A stretch of DNA of 64,000 nt, from IMG/VR virus record IMGVR_UViG_3300025608_000006; one strand, written 5' to 3'. This DNA is from a virus. Lineage: Duplodnaviria; Caudoviricetes. Below are positions 40,526-50,477 of this stretch, piece after piece (the stretch's first letter is position 1; each line of letters starts with the position of its first letter). The translations under genes were made by a program, and so were the position numbers. The notes beneath the pieces are model-generated. The model made no database searches and was not told the DNA's origin. It saw nothing but the letters and a program-made list of their open reading frames with translations.

Positions 40526-41454
40526 CCATCACCGTAGCATCTTACTTAATGGGTATTCCTCCTGGTAATAAAAACCCAGAAAAACCACAAATTATTGTAA
40601 ACTTTATTGAAGGTGTTTGGGCTAGTGGAGACAAAGGTCAGATCGTATGTGACTATACTCCTGTTGACTCTGACGTAGCAGTAGTGCAAGGATTTGTGCA
40701 TCCTGGAAGTAAAAAAGGCGAACATTTAACTCTAAGAAAAAACGTATTTGAAAAACAACAGCGTGACAACAAACGTAGTATTATTGTAGATAGTAATTTA
40801 TTTTTATACGCAGATCCAGGTAATTCAAAAAAGTTTCTACGCTACAGCTATGACGGCATATTTCCAAGCACAGGCGAATATTGCAATGATACTCCTGATC
40901 CTGCAAGATGGCAAAATATTAGTCAACAGTTGGGAATTAAATTAAAACCGTGGAGAAAGTTAAATGAGAATATTTTAATTTGTTGCCAAAGAGACGGCGG
41001 CTGGAGTATGGACGGCAAAGCATTAATGCCTTGGCTTGTTTCTACTATACAACGAATTAGAAAACATAGTGACAGAACAATTATAGTCAGATTTCATCCT
41101 GGCGACAAAAACATTTTAAATCATAAAAGGCAGTTGGCTAGATATCGATTAAAAAATGTAGGTGTAAGCCACGCTCAAAATATACTACAAGACTTCCAAA
41201 GTTGTTATTGTGTTATAAATTATAATAGTAGTCCGACAGTTGCAGCAGCGATAGAAGGATTGCCTACAATAGTATTAGATCCTAAAAATAGCCAGGCGGC
41301 GGAAGTATCGCATCATAGTTTGTCGGATATTGAAAACTTAAAAGAGTTTGACAGAGAAAAATGGATATACAAAATGGCCCAAATGCATTGGTCATTAGGC
41401 GAATTAAAAGACGGAACAGCATGGAGGCACCTAAGAAAATGGGCAATCAAATAA
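40522..41454 (+). CDS. Putative GT-B / capsule-biosynthesis-like protein (paralog 2)
   Basis: ILICCQ, VRFHP, VINYNSSPTVAAAIEGLP. Confidence 0.55.
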   Translation: MTITVASYLMGIPPGNKNPEKPQIIVNFIEGVWASGDKGQIVCDYTPVDSDVAVVQGFVHPGSKKGEHLTLRKNVFEKQQRDNKRSIIVDSNLFLYADPGNSKKFLRYSYDGIFPSTGEYCNDTPDPARWQNISQQLGIKLKPWRKLNENILICCQRDGGWSMDGKALMPWLVSTIQRIRKHSDRTIIVRFHPGDKNILNHKRQLARYRLKNVGVSHAQNILQDFQSCYCVINYNSSPTVAAAIEGLPTIVLDPKNSQAAEVSHHSLSDIENLKEFDREKWIYKMAQMHWSLGELKDGTAWRHLRKWAIK

Positions 41455-42284
41455 CAGTAGTAACAACATTTCATCCAGCAGGATTAGTAAAATACGGACA
41501 GCGATTCTTGGATAGCTTTGCTGCAAGAGTAGACAAGCGTATCAAACTAATTGTATATGCAGAAGATTGTAAACCTGTAAATCCAGATCCAAGTCGTATC
41601 GAAATATTAGATGCGCATGTAGCATTGCCTAAACTAAATGCGTTCAAAGACAAGTGGGGCAATGTTCCTAAAGCCAATGGCGACATTAGCAAAGACCCTG
41701 TGCGCAGCAAACGCAAGGATTGGAACAAGGCTTTTAAGTGGGATGCTATACGGTTCGCTAACAAGACATACGCTGTGTATGACGCTGTACAGCGCTCTAA
41801 GGACTGGTGTGTGTGGATGGATGCTGATACGTTTGTACATAGTGATTGGAGTTACGAAGACTTTATAGAACTACTTCCTAACAATGCATACATTACATAT
41901 GTAGGTAGAGGCAAAGGATCACAGACATGGCCAGAGTGCGGCTTCTACGGATTAAACTTAAATCATCCTGTGTGCCACGAGTTCCTCAAAGAGTTTGAAC
42001 GCATGTATGAAGATGCAGAGAACGGAATGTTCTTGCTAGATGAATGGCACGACAGTTACATCTTTGGTGAGATACTAAAAAAGTATAAGGAATTTCCATC
42101 ACATGATTATAGCGCAGACATGTATTTGCGCGAAGCTAAGAGTGGAGGAGGCGGACATCCTTTGATCAACGGACCACTAGGCAAATGGATTGATCACATG
42201 AAAGGCGGACGCAAAGACACAGGCAGAAGTCTTAAAAAAGATATTATGGTTAAACGGACAGAAGCATATTGGAATGAAGTTTAG
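41439..42284 (+). CDS. Glycosyltransferase (GT-A, DxD)
   Basis: RFANKTYAV, VWMDAD, ECGFYG, EWHDSY, DHMKG. Confidence 0.7.
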   Translation: MGNQITVVTTFHPAGLVKYGQRFLDSFAARVDKRIKLIVYAEDCKPVNPDPSRIEILDAHVALPKLNAFKDKWGNVPKANGDISKDPVRSKRKDWNKAFKWDAIRFANKTYAVYDAVQRSKDWCVWMDADTFVHSDWSYEDFIELLPNNAYITYVGRGKGSQTWPECGFYGLNLNHPVCHEFLKEFERMYEDAENGMFLLDEWHDSYIFGEILKKYKEFPSHDYSADMYLREAKSGGGGHPLINGPLGKWIDHMKGGRKDTGRSLKKDIMVKRTEAYWNEV

Positions 42285-43119
42285 TTTATGGACACACAAC
42301 GGTGCGCTTAACAGTAGACCAGTTTTTGATGCCTTTGATAACAGTCTTGTGGATGCTGGGCATGATGTTCTTTATAATGATATTAGCGCTGACGTTAATG
42401 TTATTTGGAGTGTTCTTTGGAATGGTCGAATGGCTAGGAACGAAGCTGTATGGAATCAAGACAAGCCTACTATAGTATTAGAAGTAGGCGGAATCAAGAG
42501 GGGAACGACTTGGAAGGTAGGATTGAATGGTATTAATAGAGATGCTTACTTTGGCGATTATATGGGCCACGACAGTAGCCGTAGTGATTTACTTGAACTC
42601 AAAGTAAAGCCGTGGCGCACAGACGGCGAGTATATTCTAATATGCGGACAGCATGATAAAAGTTTGCAGTGGAAAAATATGCCACGCATGAGCAATTGGT
42701 TTCTTCAGACATACGACGAAATACGCAAGCACACAGACCGTCCTATTATATTCCGCCCACATCCACGTTGCAGACTGCCCCATATAGAACGCGGACTCAA
42801 ACACGTATACAGACAGGAACCACAACATGTTACTAACACTTATGACGACTTTGATATGGGCTTCAATAACGTTCATTGTACTATTAGCTATAGCAGTAAT
42901 CCTGGCATACATTCTGTTATGGCCGGTGTACCTAGTTTTGTTAGTACTCATAGTCTCGCTTATGATGTGGGCAATGACATTGACTTCTTGCACGACATTG
43001 AACAGCCAATTATGCCAGACAGAACAGAATGGCTCAACAACTACGCATACACTGAATACACAGTAGACGAAATTGCACAAGGCATTCCACTAAAACGATT
43101 GACAGATAAGTTAATTTAA
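42274..43119 (+). CDS. Putative GT-B / capsule-biosynthesis-like protein (paralog 3)
   Basis: ILICGQ, IFRPHP, ISYSSNPGIHSVMAGVP. Confidence 0.55.
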   Translation: MKFSLWTHNGALNSRPVFDAFDNSLVDAGHDVLYNDISADVNVIWSVLWNGRMARNEAVWNQDKPTIVLEVGGIKRGTTWKVGLNGINRDAYFGDYMGHDSSRSDLLELKVKPWRTDGEYILICGQHDKSLQWKNMPRMSNWFLQTYDEIRKHTDRPIIFRPHPRCRLPHIERGLKHVYRQEPQHVTNTYDDFDMGFNNVHCTISYSSNPGIHSVMAGVPSFVSTHSLAYDVGNDIDFLHDIEQPIMPDRTEWLNNYAYTEYTVDEIAQGIPLKRLTDKLI

Positions 43120-43127
43120 GTTATACT
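43099..43127 (+). promoter_or_regulatory. Sigma70-type promoter of the uvsW operon (probable leaderless mRNA)
   Basis: TTGACA-17 nt-TATACT-6 nt-ATG (43134). Confidence 0.75.
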
Positions 43128-43133
43128 ACATGT

Positions 43134-44306
43134 ATGATTATAAACTTAGAAGATTGCTTAGAGTATCTCACAGGCTTGCGCCAAGCACCTGTTGAATTCA
43201 CTGTCGAGAAAACTGATGCAACTATTATCAATAGTATTGCAAGACAAGTTTTTAAAGGCACAGCTTTAACTGACAGACAGTCTGCGCTTATGCATGAAAA
43301 ATTGCAAAAGTACAGAGATCAATTTATTAATTTAGATTGGGACTTTGATTATGCAGTTAATCAATTGCGTCAACCCTTGCGTCATATTGATCGCAGTAAA
43401 TATATCAAACTTGCGGACAACGAAATCAAAATAAGATTTCCTTTTAGAAAAACTGAGATAATGTTGGTGCAGGAAGTTGCAAACACGGCACAAGATAATT
43501 ATCGTCATGAAAAAGGATCACACACTCATTATTTTGAATGTAACGAAATCAATATATTAAATTTGTTAGACAGATTTAACAATAAAGAATTTGAAATAGA
43601 CAGAGAACTTGTAGAGTTGTACGACAATATAAAAACTGTTCATAATAATCCACAAGAATATTTGAGTGGATTTTTAGATAAGAATTTATTGAATGTTAAT
43701 CCTGCTCTAATGCCTGCTATTCAAAATGAACTTGGCGAACTGAATAACAATTCGTTAACACAATTCTTTGATCGCAGATTTAGATATGGATTTGATTTAA
43801 CAGATGTTATTCCTAATAATACACTTGCACAGAAAATTGCACATCGTAAAGATGCACAATATCAAAGCAAGCCCAGTGCAGAAACATCGAGCGAAGTACT
43901 AAATGCATTATGGAATCTAAACAGATTTCCTATGCTAGTAATTTTAGAAGAAAACAATGCAGAAGATCAGTTGTATGAGTTTGCAAACCATTACAGAGAT
44001 ATTTTAAATCCAGAAGAACAGAGTGTACTGTTTCGTTTAGAAGATAAAGATGCAGGCTTTAACCAATTGATTAAGGACAGAAAATTAAACAATTGGGTTG
44101 ACAACACTACAAAGATAGTGTATATTAATAAGAGTAAGTTACCAAAGTTGCTTGTAAACAATGAATGGAAGCCTAGTGCTGCATTTTGTTTTTCAAGTGC
44201 AATGGACCGTTATGTGAATAGTTATGTTTCATTTAACTGTGACTTAATTATATATAGAGAAGAACACATGAGTCCATTTAGGAGACATTCAAGATACTAT
44301 GGCTAG
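43134..44306 (+). CDS. Conserved hypothetical protein upstream of the helicase
   Basis: 390-aa ORF translationally coupled to uvsW. Confidence 0.7.
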   Translation: MIINLEDCLEYLTGLRQAPVEFTVEKTDATIINSIARQVFKGTALTDRQSALMHEKLQKYRDQFINLDWDFDYAVNQLRQPLRHIDRSKYIKLADNEIKIRFPFRKTEIMLVQEVANTAQDNYRHEKGSHTHYFECNEINILNLLDRFNNKEFEIDRELVELYDNIKTVHNNPQEYLSGFLDKNLLNVNPALMPAIQNELGELNNNSLTQFFDRRFRYGFDLTDVIPNNTLAQKIAHRKDAQYQSKPSAETSSEVLNALWNLNRFPMLVILEENNAEDQLYEFANHYRDILNPEEQSVLFRLEDKDAGFNQLIKDRKLNNWVDNTTKIVYINKSKLPKLLVNNEWKPSAAFCFSSAMDRYVNSYVSFNCDLIIYREEHMSPFRRHSRYYG

Positions 44307-45762
44307 TTGTAAACTAATAATTGAAGACGAAGTAAACATCAAGTTAGAAGGTCTTGAAGTTGACATTCGACGTAAACTTGCAAATGCACTAAAGTTTGAA
44401 GTGCCGTATGCAAAACACATGCCACAGTATAAACTAGGTCGGTGGGATGGCAAAGTTGCTTTCTTTGGCATTGGTGGCACAGGATACGTCAATCACCTTG
44501 ATGTTGTTAGTGAAGTACTAGCAAAGAACAATGTACAGATTGTAGACATTGAAGATAGACGTCATCCTATTAAATTAGAATTTAAACCAGTAACAGAACG
44601 CTACTGGGCAGATCAAGGTGTTGTTTGGCCAGAAGGTCATCCAGCAGAAGGCGAAGATATTATTCTTCGTGACTATCAAGTTGAGGCAATCAACAATTTT
44701 ATTTCTAATCCACAGAGTCTACAGCAAATTGCTACAGGCGCAGGCAAGACAATTACAACTGCTACGTTATCACACATCAGTGAACCTTACGGGCGTAGTT
44801 TGGTTATTGTACCTAACAAAAGCTTGGTTGAGCAGACAGAAGAAGACTATATCAACTGTGGATTAGACGTAGGGGTGTACTTTGGAGACAGAAAGCAACT
44901 AGGTAAGACTCACACAATATGCACTTGGCAATCCTTGAATATCTTGGACAAGAAGCATAAAGATGGCTCAGCAGTGTTGTCACTGGCAGAGTTTTTAGAA
45001 GGTGTAAGCACTGTTATTGTTGACGAAGTACACATGGCGAAAGCAGAAGTTCTTAAAAACTTGCTTACTCGCAACCTACGTAACGCTCCTATTCGCTGGG
45101 GACTAACTGGCACAGTGCCAAGAGAGAAGTTTGAATTTGAAAGTATTCATGCATCACTTGGTCCTGTTATTGGAGCAATTACAGCAAAAGAACTACAGGA
45201 CAAAGGTGTGTTATCAGCATGTCATGTTAATGTAGTACAACTAATTGATACAGTTGCACATCGTGATTACCAAAGCGAACTAAAGTATCTAACATCAGAT
45301 ACAGCACGTTTAGAATATATTGGTAAGATGATGAACACAGTATCTCAATCAGGCAATACTCTAATTCTTGTAGATAGAATTAGTGCAGGCGAAACATTAG
45401 CAGAACTTATCCCAGGAGCCACGTTTATTAGTGGAAGTGTAAAAGTAAAAGATAGGAAAGAAACTTACGATACAATTCGTGAAGGAACTAACGAAGTAAT
45501 TATTGCAACATATGGGGTTGCAGCAGTTGGACTTAACATTCCTCGTATCTTTAATCTTGTACTACTCGAGCCAGGAAAAAGTTTTGTAAGAGTAATCCAA
45601 TCAATTGGTAGAGGCGTAAGAAAGGCAAAGGACAAAGACTTCGTGCAAATATGGGATCTTACAAGTACGTGTAAGTTTGCGAAGCGACATCTAACTCAGC
45701 GTAAAAAGTTTTACAAAGAAGCAGAGTATCCCTTTACTATCGAAAAAGTGGATTGGAATTAA
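44299..45762 (+). CDS. uvsW: UvsW-like SF2 DNA helicase
   Basis: LRDYQ, ATGAGKT, VIVDEVH, GLTGT, IQSIGRGVR. Confidence 0.9.
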   Translation: MASCKLIIEDEVNIKLEGLEVDIRRKLANALKFEVPYAKHMPQYKLGRWDGKVAFFGIGGTGYVNHLDVVSEVLAKNNVQIVDIEDRRHPIKLEFKPVTERYWADQGVVWPEGHPAEGEDIILRDYQVEAINNFISNPQSLQQIATGAGKTITTATLSHISEPYGRSLVIVPNKSLVEQTEEDYINCGLDVGVYFGDRKQLGKTHTICTWQSLNILDKKHKDGSAVLSLAEFLEGVSTVIVDEVHMAKAEVLKNLLTRNLRNAPIRWGLTGTVPREKFEFESIHASLGPVIGAITAKELQDKGVLSACHVNVVQLIDTVAHRDYQSELKYLTSDTARLEYIGKMMNTVSQSGNTLILVDRISAGETLAELIPGATFISGSVKVKDRKETYDTIREGTNEVIIATYGVAAVGLNIPRIFNLVLLEPGKSFVRVIQSIGRGVRKAKDKDFVQIWDLTSTCKFAKRHLTQRKKFYKEAEYPFTIEKVDWN

Positions 45763-46269
45763 ATGAGAATATTAACCTTAGATAACGAGTGTTTTAACCT
45801 AGACGATTTACCAGAACAAATTGAAGACGATGTACGTTTTAGTGTACTAGATAATAGTGATCCTAAAAATCCTGACTTTTTCTTTGTACCGTTAATTTTC
45901 TTAGAAAGTTTTAGTGCACCTGCAATGGTGCTGGACATTGGAGGCAAAGAAGTTACTATGCCTGTAGATTGGAACATTGCAGTCGGATGTTCCGAAAGTG
46001 GCAATGATTTAGAAGTACTGCCTTTAACAAGTATTAACGATAGAGGGTTTGAAGCATTTTTGTTTAATCCTCTCACAAGTTTTAAAACTGATTTTGCTGA
46101 AATAAAAATTACAAATTTTTATACAGATGTAAAATGGTACTTTCCTAAAATGAAAAATGGACAACTATTAAGTGTTCCAATTACAGACGGAAAAGATCCG
46201 TTATGTGCATATTTTGTTAAAGATATAAGCAGACAGAGCGAAGTAATAGAATATAGTTTGTTAATGTAA
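45763..46269 (+). CDS. Conserved hypothetical protein
   Basis: 168-aa ORF abutting uvsW. Confidence 0.65.
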   Translation: MRILTLDNECFNLDDLPEQIEDDVRFSVLDNSDPKNPDFFFVPLIFLESFSAPAMVLDIGGKEVTMPVDWNIAVGCSESGNDLEVLPLTSINDRGFEAFLFNPLTSFKTDFAEIKITNFYTDVKWYFPKMKNGQLLSVPITDGKDPLCAYFVKDISRQSEVIEYSLLM

Positions 46270-46279
46270 AGGAAAACAA

Positions 46280-46648
46280 ATGGGAATTAAAGCAGGTAAG
46301 GTATGGGGGGCTACTGAGCTCATTCATGCAAACGGTGTACTAGAGTTTCATCGCATTGAATACAAAGCAGGATACAAGTGTAGCGAACACGAACATCAGT
46401 TTAAATGGAATGGATTTTTTGTTGAATCGGGCAAGATGATTGTTCGAGTTTGGCAAGATGATCAAGGACTAGTTGATGAAACTATTCTTGAAGCTGGCGA
46501 CTTTACACAAGTCAAGCCCGGCAAGATTCATCAGTTCGAAGGACTAGAAGACGGTGTCGCTTTTGAACTGTACTGGGCTGAATTTAATCACGATGACATT
46601 GTAAGACGTACAAGTGGAACAGAAGTTGGGAAATCTAAAACCAAATGA
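46280..46648 (+). CDS. Cupin-domain protein
   Basis: GKVWG, CSEHEHQFKWNGFFVESG, PGKIHQF. Confidence 0.8.
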   Translation: MGIKAGKVWGATELIHANGVLEFHRIEYKAGYKCSEHEHQFKWNGFFVESGKMIVRVWQDDQGLVDETILEAGDFTQVKPGKIHQFEGLEDGVAFELYWAEFNHDDIVRRTSGTEVGKSKTK

Positions 46649-46883
46649 AGCACTGATATACGAGCGTAGCAACGGTGTTGTGTACGCTCGTTATCGTGAC
46701 AAGCCTGAAATAGAACGTTGGATCATAGGCGGCGACCCTGCATCAGTTGCACAAGCAAATGGCGACTTATTACACTACGCAGAGTGGCAAGAATTGTGCG
46801 AACTAGCACAAGAGTATCCTACAATAAAAAAGCTCTTGGATCAGCTGGTTACGACTTATTATATGGTAAAGGAAAATAAATGA
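46614..46883 (+). CDS. Hypothetical protein (start possibly TTG 46626)
   Basis: LIYERSNGVVYAR; coupled to kdsA. Confidence 0.6.
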   Translation: MEQKLGNLKPNEALIYERSNGVVYARYRDKPEIERWIIGGDPASVAQANGDLLHYAEWQELCELAQEYPTIKKLLDQLVTTYYMVKENK

Positions 46884-47656
46884 GAATTATTGCAGGACCG
46901 TGTCAACACGAATCACTAGCACAGAGTTCAAAAATTGCACGTGAGTGTAAACGTGTGTGTGATTTTTTTGATATTGATTATGTATTCAAAGCTAGTTTTG
47001 ACAAAGCAAATCGAACAAGTGTAACCGGCGAACGTGGCGTTGGCTTTAAAAAAACCATGGAAGATTTTAGAGAACTAAAAACTGGCTTTACAAATCTACA
47101 AATACTAACAGACGTACATGAAAAAAATCACATTGACCTAATACAGACAGTATACTGGGACGCAGTTGATGTACTACAAATACCTGCTTTCCTTTGCAGA
47201 CAAACAGATTTAATTCAGCATGCATGTGCTACTGGCAAAATAGTTAACATCAAGAAAGGTCAATTCCTTGCACCGTGGGACATGGCAGGAGTGCTAAGTA
47301 AGTGTGCAGACGCTCGTGAAGTCTGGATAACTGAGAGAGGTACTAGCTTTGGTTACAATACTTTGGTCGTGGACTATACTGGTATGCAGTATATGCTTGA
47401 TAACTTTGACTGTCCTCTGGTGTTTGACGCTACCCACAGCGTACAAAAGCCAGGCGGCAATGGAAGTAGTAGCGGCGGGAATCGCGCTTACGTTCCTGGG
47501 ATGGCTCGTAGTGCCGCCGCTTTGGGTGTTACTAATTTCTTCTTAGAAGTACATGCTGATCCTGACAACGCACCCAGCGATGGTCCTAACATGCTGCGCT
47601 TAGAAGATTTTGAGGAGGTAGTCAGTGACATCCACCGCTATTCTTATACCCGCTAG
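46880..47656 (+). CDS. kdsA: KDO-8-phosphate synthase
   Basis: IAGPC, FKASFDKANRTS, QIPAFLCRQTDL, KKGQF, ERG, FDATHSVQ, EVHADPDNAPSDG. Confidence 0.95.
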   Translation: MRIIAGPCQHESLAQSSKIARECKRVCDFFDIDYVFKASFDKANRTSVTGERGVGFKKTMEDFRELKTGFTNLQILTDVHEKNHIDLIQTVYWDAVDVLQIPAFLCRQTDLIQHACATGKIVNIKKGQFLAPWDMAGVLSKCADAREVWITERGTSFGYNTLVVDYTGMQYMLDNFDCPLVFDATHSVQKPGGNGSSSGGNRAYVPGMARSAAALGVTNFFLEVHADPDNAPSDGPNMLRLEDFEEVVSDIHRYSYTR

Positions 47657-48314
47657 ATACGGCAGCACACGCTTTCCAGGTAAACCATTAGCTAAGTTAG
47701 ATGGCATACCTATGATAGAACGTGTGTATGACGCTTGTACAGCGTCTAAGATACCAACATACGTTCTTACCGACGACATGCGTATATACGAATTGTTTGG
47801 TTCTAACAAGTGCTGGATCGAGCAAGTAGATTATGCCAACGGCACAGAACGATGCGCTGGCGCGATACAAAATGACTTCTTCAAACAGTATGATCAGTTT
47901 ATAAATGTACAAGGTGACATGCCCGATGTAACAGTTGAAATGATTGAAAAGTGTGTTGAAAGTTTATCCTATAACTATTCAGTAAGCACAGTGTACACAG
48001 ACATGCCTCCTTGTATGCAGAACGATCCTAACTCAGTTAAGATGATACATGCCTATCCCAATCAAGCACTATGGTTTGGTAGAGGACTCACAGGTTATGG
48101 CGAATGGCATCTAGGTGTATACGGATACAAGCGCCATGCACTAGTAGCTTACCCTAGTTTAAAAGTTACACAAGAAGAAACTGTTGAATCGCTTGAGCAA
48201 CTGCGTTGGTTAAAAAGTGGTTGGCAAATTGGCGCACAGAGTGTATACTTTAATGGAGTAGAGATTAATACCCCGGAGGATGTTGAAACGTGGCAGCAGA
48301 AAAACTTGCAATAA
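47625..48314 (+). CDS. kdsB: CMP-KDO synthetase
   Basis: IPARYGSTRFPGKPL, GTER, INVQGD, HLGVY, ESLEQLRWL. Confidence 0.9.
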   Translation: MTSTAILIPARYGSTRFPGKPLAKLDGIPMIERVYDACTASKIPTYVLTDDMRIYELFGSNKCWIEQVDYANGTERCAGAIQNDFFKQYDQFINVQGDMPDVTVEMIEKCVESLSYNYSVSTVYTDMPPCMQNDPNSVKMIHAYPNQALWFGRGLTGYGEWHLGVYGYKRHALVAYPSLKVTQEETVESLEQLRWLKSGWQIGAQSVYFNGVEINTPEDVETWQQKNLQ

Positions 48315-48757
48315 AAGAAATCCTCAGTTGGATTGACAATGGCGAAAGTGAGATTTGGAATCACTTGGAAGATGATCACAAGAAGCAGATCAGCTTTTGG
48401 TTGTTGAATAGATATGTCAGTGGCGTACAAGGCAGTCGTGAAAAGCAGGAACTTGCTGTATTCAAAACCAACGAGTACTACAATAAAAACTTTAATGACA
48501 TTGGTGTAGGCAAAGATACTGGACATCAAAAATTAATGTGGCAGTTGTTGTGCATGTGTGGCAACACAGGCAAGAACGAATTTCATCCTTGGATTGGTTT
48601 TAAGAAACGTGACGGCAGTACAGGCAAAGCAATGCAACTGCTGGAGAAAATATATCCACATCTAAAGACAGACGAGGTTGAAACACTTGCTAGAATATCT
48701 ACAAAAAAAGAACTCAAACAACTTGCAGAAGAGCATGAAATTGCAGTCAAACTCTAA
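48290..48757 (+). CDS. Clamp-loader small subunit-like (T4 gp62-like)
   Basis: FWLLNRYVS...N...FHPWIGFKK layout reminiscent of gp62; replication context. Confidence 0.5.
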   Translation: MAAEKLAIKEILSWIDNGESEIWNHLEDDHKKQISFWLLNRYVSGVQGSREKQELAVFKTNEYYNKNFNDIGVGKDTGHQKLMWQLLCMCGNTGKNEFHPWIGFKKRDGSTGKAMQLLEKIYPHLKTDEVETLARISTKKELKQLAEEHEIAVKL

Positions 48758-49430
48758 ACCATACAAATGTGAATACTGCGGCAGCAGTTATGTAAAAGAG
48801 TCAACTCTTATGGCGCATCTGTGTGAAAAGAAAAGACGTGCCTTGCAAAAAGACGAAAAGCGAGTACGCCTAGGGTTTTATGCGTTCAATCAGTTTTACA
48901 AACTAAGTGCAGGTGCAAAGAAAGATAAAACATATGAAGAGTTTTGCAAAAGCAGTTACTACAATGCGTTTGTAAAGTTTGGCAGTTTTGTATCTAATGT
49001 AAAACCGTTGTATCCTGAGAAGTACATCAACTATGTTGTAACCAGCGGAGTTAAACTTGATCATTGGTGCAAGGAAGAAATGTATGAGAAATATGCAGTT
49101 GAGCTAATTAAAAAAGAAGGTGTTGAAACTGCACTCGAACGTAGCATTGAAACTATGGTCGAATGGGCTGCTGAAAACAACAGTGTATGGAATCATTACT
49201 TCTTGTATGCATCGCCTAACAGAGCGGTATGGCATATCAAAGATGGAAAGATCAGTCCGTGGCTTATGCTTAATTGTAAAAGCGGAAAAGAAATGCTTGG
49301 CAATTTTAACGACGAGCAATTGAGTATGATTTATAATATTGTAGATCCGAAACACTGGGGTGTTCGATTTAAACGACAAATAAAAGATGTTGAACTTGTA
49401 AAGCAAGTTGTAAAGGAAAGCAAACTATGA
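48735..49430 (+). CDS. Hypothetical protein with N-terminal C2H2-like zinc finger
   Basis: YKCEYCGSSYVKESTLMAHLC. Confidence 0.65.
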   Translation: MKLQSNSKPYKCEYCGSSYVKESTLMAHLCEKKRRALQKDEKRVRLGFYAFNQFYKLSAGAKKDKTYEEFCKSSYYNAFVKFGSFVSNVKPLYPEKYINYVVTSGVKLDHWCKEEMYEKYAVELIKKEGVETALERSIETMVEWAAENNSVWNHYFLYASPNRAVWHIKDGKISPWLMLNCKSGKEMLGNFNDEQLSMIYNIVDPKHWGVRFKRQIKDVELVKQVVKESKL

Positions 49431-49924
49431 AACTAATTAAATATCCAAACGAAATACTAGAACGTGAAGTTAAAGATGTAGACCTAGACAATCCAGGGTT
49501 TGATCCTGTCGAACTCAAAAAAGAAATGGTTGAGTTTATGATTGCAAACAACGGCATCGGACTAAGTGCAAATCAAATCGGTCTTGATGCTAAAGTGTTT
49601 GTGATGGGAGATAGTGTAGAGAATAGTACAATGTGTATTAATCCGACAGTGCTACAATATACATCAGATACACAAGATGATATTGAAGGTTGCTTGAGCT
49701 TCCCCAATGTGTTTGTTAAGATCAAACGCCCAAAAGAAATACTTGCAAAGTACTGGAACGAAAATCTAGAAGAGTGTACAGTCAAGATTGAAGGCTACAG
49801 TGCCAAGTGCTATTTGCACGAACTAGATCATTTGCTGGGCATTACATTCAAAGATCGTGCAAGCAAACTCAAATGGGACATGGCTCAGAAGAAAGCACGT
49901 AAACTGGAGAAACAACTTGCCTGA
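49427..49924 (+). CDS. def: Peptide deformylase
   Basis: GIGLSANQIG, EGCLS, HELDH. Confidence 0.95.
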   Translation: MKLIKYPNEILEREVKDVDLDNPGFDPVELKKEMVEFMIANNGIGLSANQIGLDAKVFVMGDSVENSTMCINPTVLQYTSDTQDDIEGCLSFPNVFVKIKRPKEILAKYWNENLEECTVKIEGYSAKCYLHELDHLLGITFKDRASKLKWDMAQKKARKLEKQLA

Positions 49925-50477
49925 TATTGATATAGATTTTGGCGACAGAGACGTTATACTATCTCGACTAACTCATAGAGTTGCCAAACTCCCTACTGGC
50001 AAAAAACACAACACAGGAGTCTATGCTACTGAGATTCCGCACAATCCTATTGATAATTTATCTACAATTGAACACAAAGAAGCAGATGAACGCGGCTACT
50101 TTAAACTTGACTTTCTCAATGTGAGTATCTACAAAGACGTTCGTGATGAAGCACATCTAACAGAACTAATGGAAAGGACTCCACTATGGCAGTTACTAGA
50201 ACACCAAGAGTTTTCAGATCAGGTATTCCATCTAAACGGACACAACGAATTATTAAAAAAATTAAAGCCACAATCAGTAGAACAGTTAGCAGCAGTGTTG
50301 GCGATGATACGTCCTGCGAAACGCCATCTTGTCAACGAAACTTGGCAAACGATCAACGACAGCGTTTGGACAAAGCCAGAAGATGGAGCATACTACTTTA
50401 AGAAAGCACATGCTATTTCATATGCTATGGCGTGTGTAGTTCATATGAATTTACTGTGTGAGAAACTTAGCTCTTAG
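49917..50477 (+). CDS. Miniature DNA polymerase III alpha (family C) core, 186 aa
   Basis: TTG start after GGAG; PDIDIDF, KHNTGVY, FKLDFL, AMIRP, FKKAHAISYA. Confidence 0.8.
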   Translation: MPDIDIDFGDRDVILSRLTHRVAKLPTGKKHNTGVYATEIPHNPIDNLSTIEHKEADERGYFKLDFLNVSIYKDVRDEAHLTELMERTPLWQLLEHQEFSDQVFHLNGHNELLKKLKPQSVEQLAAVLAMIRPAKRHLVNETWQTINDSVWTKPEDGAYYFKKAHAISYAMACVVHMNLLCEKLSS

